Assembly (NCBI GenBank): GCA_002633005.1
Contig: NMRA01000011.1
Location: forward strand, 1 to 64,000
Direction of reading: 5' to 3'
Source: Phoronis australis
Lineage: Eukaryota; Animalia; Phoronida
Length of the DNA: 64,000 nt
Below are positions 36,601 to 51,000 of this stretch, piece by piece. The translations under genes and the position numbers were made by a program. The stretch's first letter is position 1, and each line of letters begins with the position of its first letter. The notes beneath the pieces are model-generated. The model saw only the letters and a list, made by a program, of their open reading frames with translations. It searched no databases and had not been told where the DNA came from.

Positions 36601-38699
36601 AAGGCTAAATTTATTAAAAATCGAAAAGAGAGAAAGTTAATTACCACCATAGTCTGACCCTTCAAGAAGTTAATTACCTTAACATAAAAGGCTACCGGTA
36701 TGATTTCACAAAAATAGGAATATGAAGGTACATGTAATCGTTTCCATCATTGGTCCCTTTCCCGATGAGCGGCCCATTAAGATGATATCAATGCCAGGCC
36801 CTGAATAAAAATAATAGCAAAAATAAACTAGACAAAGAGTTGTAAGTTTAACAAGTTTAATTCGCAGCCGACAACACAACGAGGTCGAACCGGAAGGGCT
36901 CTCTCCAAACACAGTTGTACGAATAACAATGCAATGGCGTGATTGCCTCTTCTGTCACAGAAAATGAGGTAAACTTACACTAAGAACGGGTAGTAGAAAA
37001 CAAAAATAGTAAACACAGTGCTAATAAGTTACTATGGCGTTAACAAAGTAGCTAAAATCAGTCATAAAGCCAATCGTCCGTTTGCCAATGAGGTTTGTGG
37101 CGCAGCCGTTGCGATCTTCTCTGGGTCTCTGGATGAGCAGGGAAGACGGGGGGTACAACAGCAGGCGTTGTNTTAGTCAGTTTTCCGCAGTGTGGCGTAT
37201 GGGGAAACATGGTGTCCGATATTTAGGTTCTCCGAAGGTTTGCTTGTTGTGTTTTTTAAAGTTCAGTCGGAACATAAATGTGGCTTTCGGTGACAAGATA
37301 TAGTAACACAACAATTCTATAAAGGTAATTCTTTATTTCAGCAAAGAATTTACAACAATCCGTACTATTTTCAATTAAATATAATGCAAAATGTGCCAAA
37401 ACGTCCGATAATTAGGTCACTTGACTCTTGACTGTATAAATCGGTAAATAAAACAAGAATGTAACTTCCTTTGTCAACAGAAACAGAAACAGAAATAAAT
37501 GTTTCGTATACGTTACTGGTGATGTATTCTTTGACTCGTTAGCTTTGAAATGCGAGAGTTTGACGAGTACAGAGAGATTTAAACAGCTATAAATCCATCG
37601 ACATTTCCATTACTGGAAGTCGCCATGTTGGTGAACTAGATTGACCTATTATTCAACTGACCAATAGAATGCCTTGTTTGTAGGTCTTACAAGTACAAGA
37701 CAAGACAAGATACGCTATCTAATCGCTAGATGTCGCGAGCGTTCGTTACAAAGCAGAGAGCAGCTACAGCCGAGCAAGTGGTCTGGTCTTTCATTTTCAA
37801 CATGTTCACAAATACAAACAAGCCAAATTCACGTGGCATAGCCTACATAAAATAGGCCTAACTAAATAAAAATGCTCCAAAGCCTGGCCTAACCCTAGAT
37901 TTTAGTATTTTGTCACTGCAAATTGTCCGCGGCCGCAGCATCACTGTTCGGTGCCACGGCGGTTCTCCCAAGTATAATAAGGAAGTAAGTAAAATGCTTA
38001 TTTCTCATCGGTATGGAACAGGTCAACAGCAAAACAGTAGCACAAGTGTGATCGATACAAACCACGACTTATCAAGCATCAAAAGACAGTATTTGACAGC
38101 TTAGGCAAAGTTGGCATTCACAATAGGGAGGACAACATTTTTAAAATTTTTTTTACAATAGTATAGTCCGGTTACCTATTGTTGTCAGGCTCCAAAGGTC
38201 GTCCGCCATCTTGTTTCGCGTGCAGCGCAACCACGCGGGACTTAGCGTTCCAATTTGGAGNGGCCGGTCGTCGACCAATTTCCGACCGGTCGGCCAAAAA
38301 TTCGTGATGTGTGCTGTAGGTCCTAACGTCTACTGAACGCACGCCAGGTTAGTATACTAGTTCCGGCCCGTATTGGAATCTGGCTCGTATTGGAATAATA
38401 CTTTAAAACGATAAATCGACTACAAAACTTTATAATTCGCTATGTTTTCATAAAATGGATGTTTCCTTTCATAAGTTTAATATAAAACAGACACCCACAA
38501 CGTCGTGTTGCTATTAAATCCTCAATCTTTGTGCGAGATTGACCGAGGCTAAATTCAAAATGGCGGCTATTACGAGTTGCAGGAGTGCAAGGCAAATAAT
38601 TTTGAAAATTTAGCTTCTACCAGAACATTTTCGACGAATTTGAATATTGCTATATATAAAAAGATCATGCTAAAATATGCTCTTAAGTTTCCACGTATT

Positions 38700-40215
38700 T
38701 TCTACCAACTTTAAAGGGCTACTGCCGCCGATTCCAATACGGGACACACACTCGACAGCGGCCCGTATTGGAATCGCACGGCGATCACAACATCGGCTTC
38801 AAAATGACATGAATGCAAAGCTCCCAACATCGAAATAATTGTGTCAACCAAACTACACTTTATATTGAACATTGTGACATGGTCTGATCACAACTCGGAA
38901 GAGGCGTTTTGGGTTTTTTGACAGTTCAGGCGGCCTCCTTCACCGTCCCAGGGATCTTACGGGTTCGTATTGGAATTTGGGTTAATTAGGTGATTAAAAA
39001 CTTTCAAAGGTAACAATTTCTAAAAGTTTGCATATTGATTGGTATAACAGGACCGTCTAATGTCTTTCCATGAACTTTTTCGTATTTTGCACCAGCTTTA
39101 AAGGCCTACTGTCGCCGATTCCAATACGGGACACGCCGGCCGGCAGCCGGCCGGTATTGGAATTTTTGTTAATTAGGCTATTAAAAACTGTCAAAGGTAA
39201 CTATTTCGACAATTTAGTGTATAAATTGATATAAAATGACCATCTAATGTCTTTCCATGAACTTTTACGTATTTTGCACCAACTTTCAAGGCCTACTGTC
39301 GCCGATTCCAATACGGGACAGGCCTCCGCAGCCGGCCCGTATTGGAATTTGAGCTAATTAGTTGATTAAAACCTTTCAAAAGGTAACAATTTTGATCAGT
39401 TTGTATATGAATTGATGTGAAATGACCAACTAATGTCTTTCCTTAAACTTTTATGCACTTTGCATCAACTTAAAAGGGCTACTGTCGCCGATTCCAATAC
39501 GGTACAGGCCTCGACAGCCGGCCCGTATTGGAATTTGAGCTAATTAGTTGATTAAAACCTTACAAAAGGTAACAATGTTGACCAGTTTGTATATGAATTG
39601 ATGTGAAATGACCAACTAATGTCTTTCCTTGAACTTTTATGCACTTTTCATCAACTTAAAAGGGCTACTGTGGCCGAATCCAATACAGGACACACTCTCC
39701 AGAGGCGGATCTACAGGGGGGTTCAGGGGGTTTAAACCCCCCCCCCTCGGGACAGGATCAAAAATAAAAACTGGAAAAAAATCGTCAGAAAAACGAAATT
39801 AGCTACTAAAAATCCCAAAAAATCTCACACGGGAGGAGGGAAACCCTCTCGCGACCTTCCTTCTCCTCGGCGCTACGCGCCTCGGATTGTTTCGAATCCT
39901 AACCCCCCCCCCTTACTGAAATCGTAGATTTGCCACTGCTCTCGGCAGCCGGCCCGTATTGGAATCGCTGGACGATCAAACTTTCGGCTTAAAAATGACG
40001 CGAATGCAAGATTCCAACATGTAAATATTTGTGTCAACCAAAGTACAATTTATATTAAACATTGTGAAATGGTCTGATCATAATTCGAACGAGACACTTT
40101 GTTTTTTTCGACACTTTAAGCAGTCACTATCACCGTCCCAGGGATTCCCATACGGGCCCGTATTGGAATGTGTGCTAATTAGCCGGTTAAAATGTTTCAA
40201 AGGTAACAATTTGAA
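38700..40215. repeat. ~186-bp tandem array, most units carrying an ATTCCAATACGGG...CCCGTATTGGAAT hairpin
   Basis: Hairpin arms at 38731, 39118, 39305, 39491, ~39677 and ~40144. Confidence 0.88.
39700..39938. mobile_element. hAT-like MITE with 5-bp TSD inserted in the 186-bp array
   Basis: CTCTC|CAGAGGCGGATCTAC...GTAGATTTGCCACTG|CTCTC. Confidence 0.75.
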
Positions 40216-41549
40216 CAGAACATTGCAATTGAAAAATTCACGATAACAAATTACTTCAAGTGCCTTTAATCATTTTTGATTGTTCATAGTGACAAATTCA
40301 GAAAATGTCAATACAATTTTCTGAATAAGTTTGAATCATGATGACTATACATTACAAAACATGGGGTTAACTTCAAGGTATCATTTGTCTTCAGGATTTG
40401 TGGAGACACTGGTGACTCTAGTACCATTCACACCTGCAAGGGTTATCAGTTTTAGGATATTAAACCCTCTTTTTGCAATTTCAACCAATCATATTCATTC
40501 TCCTGCTAATGGAGGAGTGGGCTCGCACTCGAGTGAGGAGGGTGGATTCAACAGAAAACACAAAATGATTCTTAGACAGTGGTTTGTCCTCACTTTTGTT
40601 GTGTACATGACCTAAAGCATTACTAATGCTTGGCGGTTGAAGATGCTTAGAAAGGGTTCCTAATTTTATCTTAACTTGAGCATTAATGAGTNGGAGGATT
40701 GGGCTCGGACTTGAGCGAGGAGGGTGGATTCAACAGAAAACACAAAATGATTCTTAGACAGTGGTTTGCCCTCACTTTTGTTGTGTACATGACCTAAAGC
40801 ATTACTAATGCTTGGCGGTTGAAGATGCTTAGAAAGGGTTCTTAATGTGTTAATATCCCAGTTTAGGAGCCTTTTAAGTAATGTGCTTCATTGTCCTTCA
40901 TTGCACATGCTCACCATTGGCGTGGCAAAGAAAATAGATGTGGTTCGTAAACATTCTTATTATTAAACTTCCAAATGTACATTTAATAGAAGCAAAACTA
41001 GAAATTCATCTGCCATGCTTTTCGTCTTGGAAGATTCCCAGTCTGCAATTCTAGGCAATAGTCTGAAAAATAAAGAAACTTTATATGGTCAAAAGGTATC
41101 AAGAAAACTCAATATGTTGACATCAGAGACCTTCATATTTCATGAAAACCAATCACTGGTTGAATCTCCGGTCTTCTCGTCTCATTATGCATGCTAAAGG
41201 AAACAGATTCAGTGTTTCATGTTCCAGAGAGTGCGTTACGGTATTTTGAATACACATTCACTGCCCAGTCTTGCAACTTTAAATCTTTGTTTAGAAAGCA
41301 GGTAGTGAATGAACTTAAGTCTTTTAAAATGATAAGTTTTTGAGTTAACACTCTCTTCCTACAAATTCAAGCATGATATTACAATCTTATACAAGGGGTT
41401 ACATACCTGGAAGTCAAGCGGGTTGTCCACCAGGATGTCATAAGTGTTATGCACCTTGAAGTGAGGTTACGCCTCGACAGCACATCTGGAATAACATATG
41501 TTACAGAGCAATGTATTGCATGCAATCATAGATAAATGTTGAAATGGAA

Positions 41550-44500
41550 ATGACGTATCTGTAATCTATGAAAGACTTACTACAAAATTGTGATGCATTG
41601 CCATCATTTTACAGAAAATTGTGCTGAAATCCCAGGGCGAAAACTCGCCGATTGACTGCCTCGCAATCGTCGATATGGCGACTTCAATTCTTGAATTCCT
41701 GAAGTTTTCCAAGTAGCGCCCCTAAGATTTTTAAGTTCCCGTGGAGTCGGGATTAACGGCAGGTTTAATACAATCTGTGCTACATCGTGCCATCTACATG
41801 CATGATCGGCAACATGAGAAAAATTTCTTGACGAACACACATGTTGTTGTCACGTGACGTTTGTTTTGAAGTTTGTCTGCATTAGTCGGTGGGCCAGATC
41901 TTGTAGCGTTCATCCTTGTGAGTGCTTTGGGGGGGCAACCTAGTTTTTTCTATGTGGCTAGATAATATACCTAGAAATCAAATTCCAAAAAGTTCCCACG
42001 TCTACACTTACACATTTTTTTTAAAAAAGGTGTTTTTGTTGCACAAAATATGATGCACATTCCTGCCACTTGATGGCGCTTTTCTATTGAATTGACCAAT
42101 CAGAGAGCCAGATTGTATTGTTGTGCTTAGTTACTTCAATATGGCTGCTCCCATGGAGTGTGATGCCTGTATAATTCAAGGTTTATCAAACAGCACAAAA
42201 TTGTGATGTCAGAGCCTAAAGAAGCTTAGGAAAGCTTCCTGACGAAATCTGATTGACTGTGGAACTCTGTAGATCAGTAGATCAAAAAGCAGAAGAGGTG
42301 TCACAAACGTTTGTGCAGAAAACAGCTGCATGTCCTGGTAGCCTACACAGTATACTGCTGAGTGCTGTAGACTAGAAGACCAAGTGTTAGACCAGAAAAT
42401 TGAAAGGACATAGAACGGCATAGCAACGTTTCAAGGCACCAACAGTAGTACTAAAGCTGAAGTTGCTGAAAGTGATACAGATGTTATCCAAGATTTCCCA
42501 AGAAAATCAATTATACTTCCAAAATCTGAAACACCCAATTAACCTGAACAAGATAGGAACATTCTGAAACATGAGTGCATCATTTGTTAGCAGGAAAAGT
42601 ACATTATGGGCCACATTTCAAGAAAGAGAAAGAAGTATAGCTTTCAAAAACAGGTACGTGTTTTTGAAAAATACATATTGGTGTTTTCCATGTGTGTTTC
42701 AGTATTATCACCAGTTGTTTTTTAACTTGTTCAGCCCCTTGGCTGCCTAGGCCTTAGACAATACTGCTGACCAAGTAGAGTCGATGATCATACCATAGGT
42801 ACTCCATATGCCGGATACTTTTCGGCAAATTATGTTCCTATAAGTTTAGAAGTACCGCGTAGAGAGATGCCTCTGAGGAGGTCGTTAATGTTTTCATTTG
42901 TTCCCAGTTTAAACAAATACTCCTGCAATCCTGTTTTTCGAACACTCCATTCAGTTGCCACATCGACACTGCTTGCGCTAAGGGATAATCCTATGGCGTT
43001 ATACTGTGGGTGTGATTTTAAAGCACTTTAAGTCAAAAATTTTTGAGAAGGTTAAATGGAGTAGATGGTTGCAAACAACATGCCCAAGTGGCCGTCATCC
43101 CCTGCCGTAGTCTCAATTTTTTGTAAACATTAATTACTTAGGTAGCTGCAATGATAATTAAATTAAAGTGCCTAAGTGGCCATCGTCGCCGTCGAAATTT
43201 GAGGACGATGGAAGCCACTGTCCATTTCGTCAAACGTCGATTACCTTAAGTGTAAATCGATTGACTATGGTTTGAGCATCTGATTTAAAAAAATTAAATT
43301 TCAATCACTGCACAGGTATATCAGCTGATTTATTTTCAGTTGCATCTACTGATCTAATTATTAGACGATCAACATTATTAGGCTACAGATCAGACGGCAT
43401 GTAAATTTGTTAGGCTGGTGGTGGATCAGTTCCTGATAAGTCCGTCTGAAAAAGTTGCATGCCAACTCACTCATAGTTGAATGTTAAATTAGTGTTAACA
43501 GTTCGGGTTTTTTTCAGTTGGACTTGTATCGCAAGCAACAGCTCAGTCCAGAGCCCTGAATATGCAAATGAAATTCAAAGATAAAGACCTTGTGTCTTAG
43601 AAGCCAAGTACCACAGATCATCATGCTATAAAAAATAGAAAGACAACGATTGTGAAGAGTGACGAATTCACAGTTTTCAGAGATGTTTTTCTACAGTTTT
43701 GTTTGGAGTTCATTGAATCGAAGCTTCTAACACAAGGAGATGTCATTTGCCTTTCAAAACTAAAGCAAGACTTTGAAGCTGTTCTTCAGAAAGCTGGTGT
43801 GCATGAAGTTATTTGGACAGGCAATCTTAAGAAATATTGTTGAAGCTACTCACTGTTGTAGTTTGTGCCCGACTAAGAGATACGAAAGTGAATTGAGGCT
43901 AGTGTTCAATAATTCACTTGCTGACTCTAATTAACACAGCCCATTATAACATATTTTGAATCAAACGTTTGCCCAAATAGTGCCCGCCTCCAAACAAGGA
44001 CTTAGTGTTTGACCCTTCATTGCCTGCGGGCTAATCACCAGTGTGCAGTGCTGTACCCTCTCTAATCGACCATAGTTGGCTCCTTGGCGGTGGAGCTTTG
44101 CAGTTAATATGTATGGCAATGACCGCATCTCCATTGACAGTACTAAACGATGAACGCTGCAAGTGCAAAAAGAACATGTGTGCTGGGAAACTGAGTTTGT
44201 GCTGCAATGCTGGGTCAAACTGTACAGAAATGTGCAGCTGTGACAACTGTAGTAACATCAGCAACACTGACTGCATAACATTGGATAGTTCTTTGACAAG
44301 TCAACCCTAAATAGACCTCCAACCCCGTTATTTCCTTTTTTGTATTAAAAAGTTAATTTTATTTGTTGATTAAGTCATAGAAAGTACATACTTTGATCAT
44401 TGTCATGTATTTGTCTCATACTGCTTGATAAACGCTGTCAGAATAATCTATTATTTTCATACAGTCTTTGTGCACATTCACAGAGATCATTCAACTACCG

Positions 44501-45790
44501 GTATATTGTTTTTGTACTATAACGTATTTCTGGTGTATTATGCAAACAAGCTGTATTTTACACCATTAGTCAATGTTTTAGTCATTGAGGCACAAATTTT
44601 GCCCAGTCTCAAGTGTTTTGTGTTATTTTTGTTGCCTGACAATGCCAGAATAACTTCCTAGTAACATTCAGACTTAGTTTGCATTTTTGCCACTAGGTGT
44701 CTCTTTACGTTTTTTAAATTTCACTGTTTACAATTAATTTACAATAGTAAAACGTGTAATGTGAGTGTAATATTGTTCAATACAATGGCACTGATGGGAC
44801 CATATTACTTGTTTTACAAAAAAGTCACCAAAACTGTTGTTTTTACAAATATAAGTTTACTAAGCTCTTTGGTGATTATTAGGCAACTTCAAACTCAAAT
44901 TTCTCAAAAATGTGCAACTTAATATGTGGGAACTTTTTATATTTTGAAAACACTCTAATAAATGAATTAAAAAACACCAAAATAAAATTGCCCCCCTAAA
45001 GTACTCACAAAAACCATTTTCTAGAGGCCCTACCGACAAAATCTGGCCCACCGACTACATTGAGTAAGCGAGCGCGTGCGTGTCACCAGAGTTCATTTGC
45101 CAGAGCAGAGACCGACTTTTGGCCAGAGCCACGCATTGTATCTAAAGAAATTTGCACAAGCAGTAGGCCTACACCACAGAGTGTTTCATTCAGCACTTGG
45201 CGGTCTCATGTGCTAAAAACGTTCGACATTTGTCTCGGTAAGGCCCATATTAGTCGCCGTGTGGCTGGATGCGTACGTGACAGTTATTTTTCGATGTAAT
45301 GTCTTTGATGACAGGTTCATGTATGTAGCGCGCGCTTCCTGGCCACGTGCTTGTAACACTGGCCAAGCTTTTTATTAGTCTTCGATTTGCGGTTTTCACG
45401 TGTACAAAGAAATTTGGATTCCTGTTGAAAGCGGGGAATATCTTCAACGCAATCCCATAGACAAGTACACTACGTCTGTTCTGAAAGGCCACACCATTGG
45501 TCCTCGCAAGATCAGCAAAACTTTTGTGTTAGTTTTGAGGCATGGCAGAAGTTTGAAGTGTATAGTCACGGCTAAATACCGACAGCGGCAAGGCTCGTGG
45601 TCTACAAATACTGCGCACAACGATTTTTTCAGGACTGTCGGATATTATTGATAAATTGATGACGTTACTATAGAATTTTAGGACTGTAGGTAAGACATTT
45701 TTCTCACGTACACATTCATGGACTGGGCGCTTATTTTAGCATCAAGTCTTAAAACACGTGGGGGGGGGGGTTATTACGGCGAATGCGGTA
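41550..45790. mobile_element. Second, inverted copy of the pogo-type HIRAN-carrying element, split by the Academ insertion
   Basis: 41553-41882 and 45061-45110 align contiguously to the reverse complement of ~14130-14525. HIRAN-like GFHVYKEIWIP...NPIDKY...LKCIVTAK at ~45380-45600. TIR TTATTACGGCGAATGCGG|TA at 45771-45790. Confidence 0.75.
41883..45057 (+). mobile_element. Academ DNA transposon, internally deleted
   Basis: CAT|TAGTCGGTGGGCCAGAT...ATCTGGCCCACCGACTA|CAT (17-bp perfect TIR, TAG..CTA ends, 3-bp TSD). Relics: CIIC, DLV.EAKYHRS.CY, and a C-terminal Cys cluster CKCKKNMC...CCNAGSNCTEMCSCDNC. Confidence 0.88.
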
Positions 45791-46963
45791 TATCAAAAAA
45801 ACTAAGCTTTGTCAACTGGTAAAAATATATATTTTCTGAAAAAAACATAGACCAGGAAATATAAATATACTTTTTATATTTATGTGCCATAATTATTTTT
45901 AATCTTTTTTAAGTCAAAATTTCATTTTTGAGAAAGGTACATTCATAGCAAAATAACCCCTCGGTCGATTCTAATGAAACCTTTTTCAAATGAAAACTTC
46001 ACCAGTTACCTCAAAAACACTGTAAGGAATTTTCAGTTAGTCTGTTCATTTGGTTTCTATGACAAATCAACTTGCAAAATATAAGGTATTTTGGTAAAAA
46101 GTTGAAGTCGTATTCGTCTTTGTCACATTAAGCAAAAGCTAGGCCTTTATATAAAAAATCCTAGTGTTTTTGAGACTAAATATTAAGTTTGGAAAGTTTC
46201 AGCGAAATCCATCAAGACGTTTTTCATTTTTTGTGAATCAGGTTGGAGATAACATTAAAATGAAATGTCTTACAGAGTATGTAAACTGCTGCTGAAGTGC
46301 GGGACTGGCTCTTGAGTAGGAATGGAGGTTATTTCTGGAGTATTAATATGAGCTTTACTTAGAAGTTTACGTTTTACGAGCGTTCAATTTATTTAAACCC
46401 GGATGTGAGTTGGACAAAATCGCCGATCCAAATCCCGACACAATGACCGTGATTAAGAAACAATGTACTTGCGGGAAGTAAAGCATGCCTTGTCTGCCAG
46501 GTGTCGCTAGGGAATAAATGATATCACAACGTATGCGTAAGACCACAGATTTCGTCCATTGAAAATATACAGACTTGGTGGTCCACATTCTATAGCCTAT
46601 GGTCCCACCTCCCCTAAATCCGGCAGCATAATAATAAACAACGCTAGGCAATATGAGAATTATCAAAAACAAAAGAAATAACTTCTGTAGAGTTATTTTT
46701 CAACTTTTTGATTGAGGCACAGCTCAAAATATAACCTCCACCAAACTGAAGCTAAAAACAATTGGATTCACAACTCTACACTTACCAGTATTTGGTGGCA
46801 GTCTCCACAGTGCATCACGATATCGCATCACGGTATCCAACACCTGCCTGGTATAATGGCCCAATACTAAAAGAAAATGCAGCAAAATCATTACAGCTAT
46901 CAAATACATACTATATTGCTTATTCCTATTCGTATTTTTCAGCTGCTTCCACAGTAGACTTAA

Positions 46964-48048
46964 GGCGAAGGCAACCTTTTTTCATGTTACTTTTAGTAAA
47001 AAATAAGGTTCGTTGGTTATACAATACATATTTTTCAATTAATTACTGTAGAGCTTCTCGTCGGCAACCCATCTCACAGTGACCGTAACAACGTGAGCAA
47101 AGGAGATATTGTTCATGGGCGGTACACTACAGAGGGGGCAGGGGGGCTTTAGCCCCCACTTTTTTCAGTGCTGTGCCACCCATGTCATAGCTGTGGTGAT
47201 TGTGTATTTTTTTCACGGACGGTCAGTGGGTGGCTGTACTAGAGAGCTTCCTCCCTCTTCTTCCAGTCTGAGCCATATTGGAATAAACCACATATATACT
47301 GTTCCGAGTCAATCTGTGTTTATCTAGTGTCTACTATATTCATCCATAACATAACAGGTATCTATATGTTTGAGCGCGAGTATAATGAGGCAGAGTACGC
47401 ACAGGCACAGCTTTTGAGAGGAATGAGGCAGAGACTGAGGACAGATGTGGTGGGACGTCTTGGTGCAAATGCACGGTGTGCACTGTAATGCCGACCTCAA
47501 TGGAATGCCTATGCTGTTTCCACTGCGGGATGGTCACCTGAGCACCCAAACCGCTTACATACCGCCATGTGACTCCTTCGCCACACATACATACACCTGG
47601 CACCTTCTATATAGCTCCAATACTTTAGACAAGTCCAGAACAAACTTATCAAAATTTGGCTCACAGGCCTATTCATTGAACGACGAACTGTCCTCATTGG
47701 GTGTCGAACTGCATGCAGTGATGTAATGGTACACCTAGAGTGCGCAAGACGATAATGAGTACATCCCGGTATGCAGTAAGTATGTGGCATGTTGACTGAC
47801 TTGTAAACAAAAGTAAAGTATGATCGAACTTATCACAACCGAGATAGAACAATGACTGACTCAACAGTTCTCACAATCAGACTATAGGAAAATAAGTGGC
47901 GCATAATTCTGGACTCCCTAAAGGTCACTTCCGGAGTAGGGGACGAGTAATTAATTAAATTACGAAAAGCTGTAATTAACTGAAAAACATGTCTGGTATA
48001 ATCAACAAGCCTTATTTTTACTAAAATGACATGAAAAAATGTTGCCTT
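46964..48048. mobile_element. Miniature Kolobok element: KolX-like fragment (+) converging on a THAP/transposase fragment (-)
   Basis: TTAA|GG left end; ~80-bp imperfect TIRs (46968-47048 / 47970-48048). Plus strand: YMFEREYNE...WCKCTVCTVMPTSMECLCC. Minus strand: MPHTYCIPGC and KFVLDLSKVLELYRRC...CGE...GAQVTI. Confidence 0.78.
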
Positions 48049-51000
48049 TGTGAAGAACACTGTTCCCAGTAATATTTTATGTACTATCAAGACTAAGGCA
48101 AAAAAGACTTGTTTATAATAAGTGATCTGAACTCTACAGCATACAAAGCATGACTGAGACAACACCGCTACTAGCATACACTATGTATAATGTTGTTGGC
48201 TATGATTAATTGCAGCTAACAGTATAAACAAAGAGTGAAGTACTACGCTCATCATGTTACACCCCTCCCTCGATGGATGAAGTTCGTCATCTCTTAAACA
48301 AAAAAAAACAAAAATGTGAGGAAAAATATGAAGATTTTTTTAAGTTGCATTACCTTGACAAAAGTCTGTGCAGTCGCTGTCGGTCTAAACATATCGTGTA
48401 GTCCATATAGTACAGCTTCCTGTTCATCAGTGCCATCCTCCTCACCAACAGCTTCAGATGCTCCCTGTTGTACTGAACTATCCGCTACCGCTCCATGCCT
48501 TTCAAAACGTAAATAAAAACTTTAACTGCACAAAATGTTTATAGGATAAGGAAACGAGATTTAGTAGAATAACACCATCAATTCATAGTCACGTATTCAT
48601 TTGATAACCTTGAAATAGACAATGCACAGGACAATGACAGTTTTTAATATTAGTATAGTGTTCCATGTTAAATACAGTCCACAAGTGAACATATTCTTTG
48701 AAGGAAACACAAGCAAAAAGAAAAGTTACACATCACGAATAAGGTGAAGTACAAGTGCTTCTGCACACTATAAAAGAAATTGAAAATAAATACAATTGTA
48801 GCTTCAGATAGAAATAAGCAAGACAAATGTAGCATAAGGCTACTGCACATTATAAGCACAAGAAGCACCAACACTAGATGAAGAGGTTAATCGAAAGCAA
48901 AAGGTTTTGGCAAAGGCATGGCATCGAGAAAAAGTGTAGCACTATTAGGTTACACACAAAATTACTAGACTGTCAACCGTAAAATGAAGGAATAATTACA
49001 AGTTATTAACAGTAGCTAAATGCTGTATTGACCAAGGGTTCCTTTATCTAGCATGTACTAAAAAATGACTGTTTTGATTAATAAGAACATGATTGAACTA
49101 TTTGAAAGAGCAAATTATATTGAATTACACAGAGCATTTTTTCAATTCCAGTACCATACTGAATATGATAGCTGAACGCGTTTATCTAAATGCTCCTACT
49201 CATACTCTGAAGTTCCATTATGGTATCAAAGTCATCTTAAAAAGAGTGAAGCAGGAGACAAAATGATGATATTTCCTGAAACACCACTTGACTCATCTAT
49301 CTACTTACTCATCCAGTCGTGGTAGAAGAGATGACACAAGTATAGTTCCACCAAATATTTTCCTGAAATTACGAGTAGGAACTGTCTTATTTAAAATAGA
49401 AGCATGTGAGTGCATAAAAGGACATCCTTGCAGTCCTGCAAAACTTCAATCGTTACTAAAAGATTATACTTTTTGAGTATCGCAGCGAATATAAAACAAA
49501 TGCAGTCAGATTCCAAACCAAAATTCCAGAATGATGAAGACATTACTTTGTGTGAATCGTCATCCAGACTAAAATGGCAGGCAGATTACTGCATATTGAC
49601 AGGTAGTGGGAGTTGAACGCACGATAAATTTTTCATAATTGAGAGTTCCGCCATCAATCCATGAACATGAGAATGTTGACTTAATGAGGAAAGCTAAACT
49701 TGCCGATTATTAGTGCACTTAAGTTTGTTCATATGTACAAACTGACAATACCACCACAAACACCCCTTGACACGCTTTGCATGAGGGAACACGGGTTATT
49801 CTCCACAATATGTCTTAAATATGGATTGCAACAAGTGGAACATGTTCTGCAGAGTCGTTTAATAAATGCACGCTGCAACCATGAAGTCCCTAACCATAAC
49901 CTTTTTCACCTTCTTTACCTGGCTGGCATGAAACACTGTCCACGCGCTGTTTTGACAGCATTGTAGATCTTGAGGTTTGAATCTGCACCCAGTCAGACAG
50001 GTTGCCATCATACTGATACCCTACAAACAACCCTGAAAAGGTATAATAGATATAACAAATATACAAGGCATAGTATGTTCTACTAATTTGAGAGGAACAA
50101 GTACATGCAGCCAAGTAAAGGTTATATATTTCTATTCTCAATAGTTGCCAACATTTGTTATCGTTACGAAACCAGGTGATTCTAAAATTAAATGAAAAAT
50201 ATTTGCTTTGTCAGATTCAAAATGAATGGCTTGAGTCCCGTACACAGTATGATGTTGCTCTCGTGAAGGGGAATATACATAGTTTTCATTTAGGCTTAAT
50301 CCATTGTAAATTTAACCACGCTAATGTGAAGCATTGAAATATGCACATGAGTGCAACTATACCACAAATGGTAAGCTTATGGTAGTGTTCATTAGTACCA
50401 AAGAAATGGTACATGTTCAAACAAACACGATGGCCAACAAAATTAAAGATGGGCTCAAGGTTGTGCAAAGTACATCAAAACTGTTTGAAAAGGGGCCGAC
50501 GTATCCTAATAAAGCAAATATCCACAGAATCCATCAAAGAACTCCCAAGACTGAGGTTCATGTGAAGAACTTAAAATTAGTCACAAGACTGGCAAAGCGA
50601 TAGTCGTATTGCCTTGGTAAAAAACTCTTTGACATCAGTTGACAACTTCACAGGAATTTCTACCACAGCGACTTGACTGGCCGTAGAGATGAGGCTCCTC
50701 TAAGGGCTTCATATGCCAGATGCTATTCGGCGAATAATGCCTCACAGTCAGATCTAGGATGTCGCAATGGGGGTAAGGTAATTGTCAGTCAACTGAATGG
50801 CAATGGTAGTTTATTCACTTTTCAATAAGAATAACCCAATTTCAATCTGTGAACAGCAAAACAAATTCATCAGCGTCAGGGTTCATTTACTTGGATGTAA
50901 GTTAAATAATCATACTGTTTTTACATTCCCAGAACAGACAGGGTGTGAATGACAGTCATGGCTATCAGATTCTGAGGACCGATATTAGTTTCTGCCAATG

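Noticed and set aside
40510-40845. ~180-bp near-identical tandem duplication
   Set aside because: A single N at the junction (40692) suggests a contig-join or haplotype artefact.
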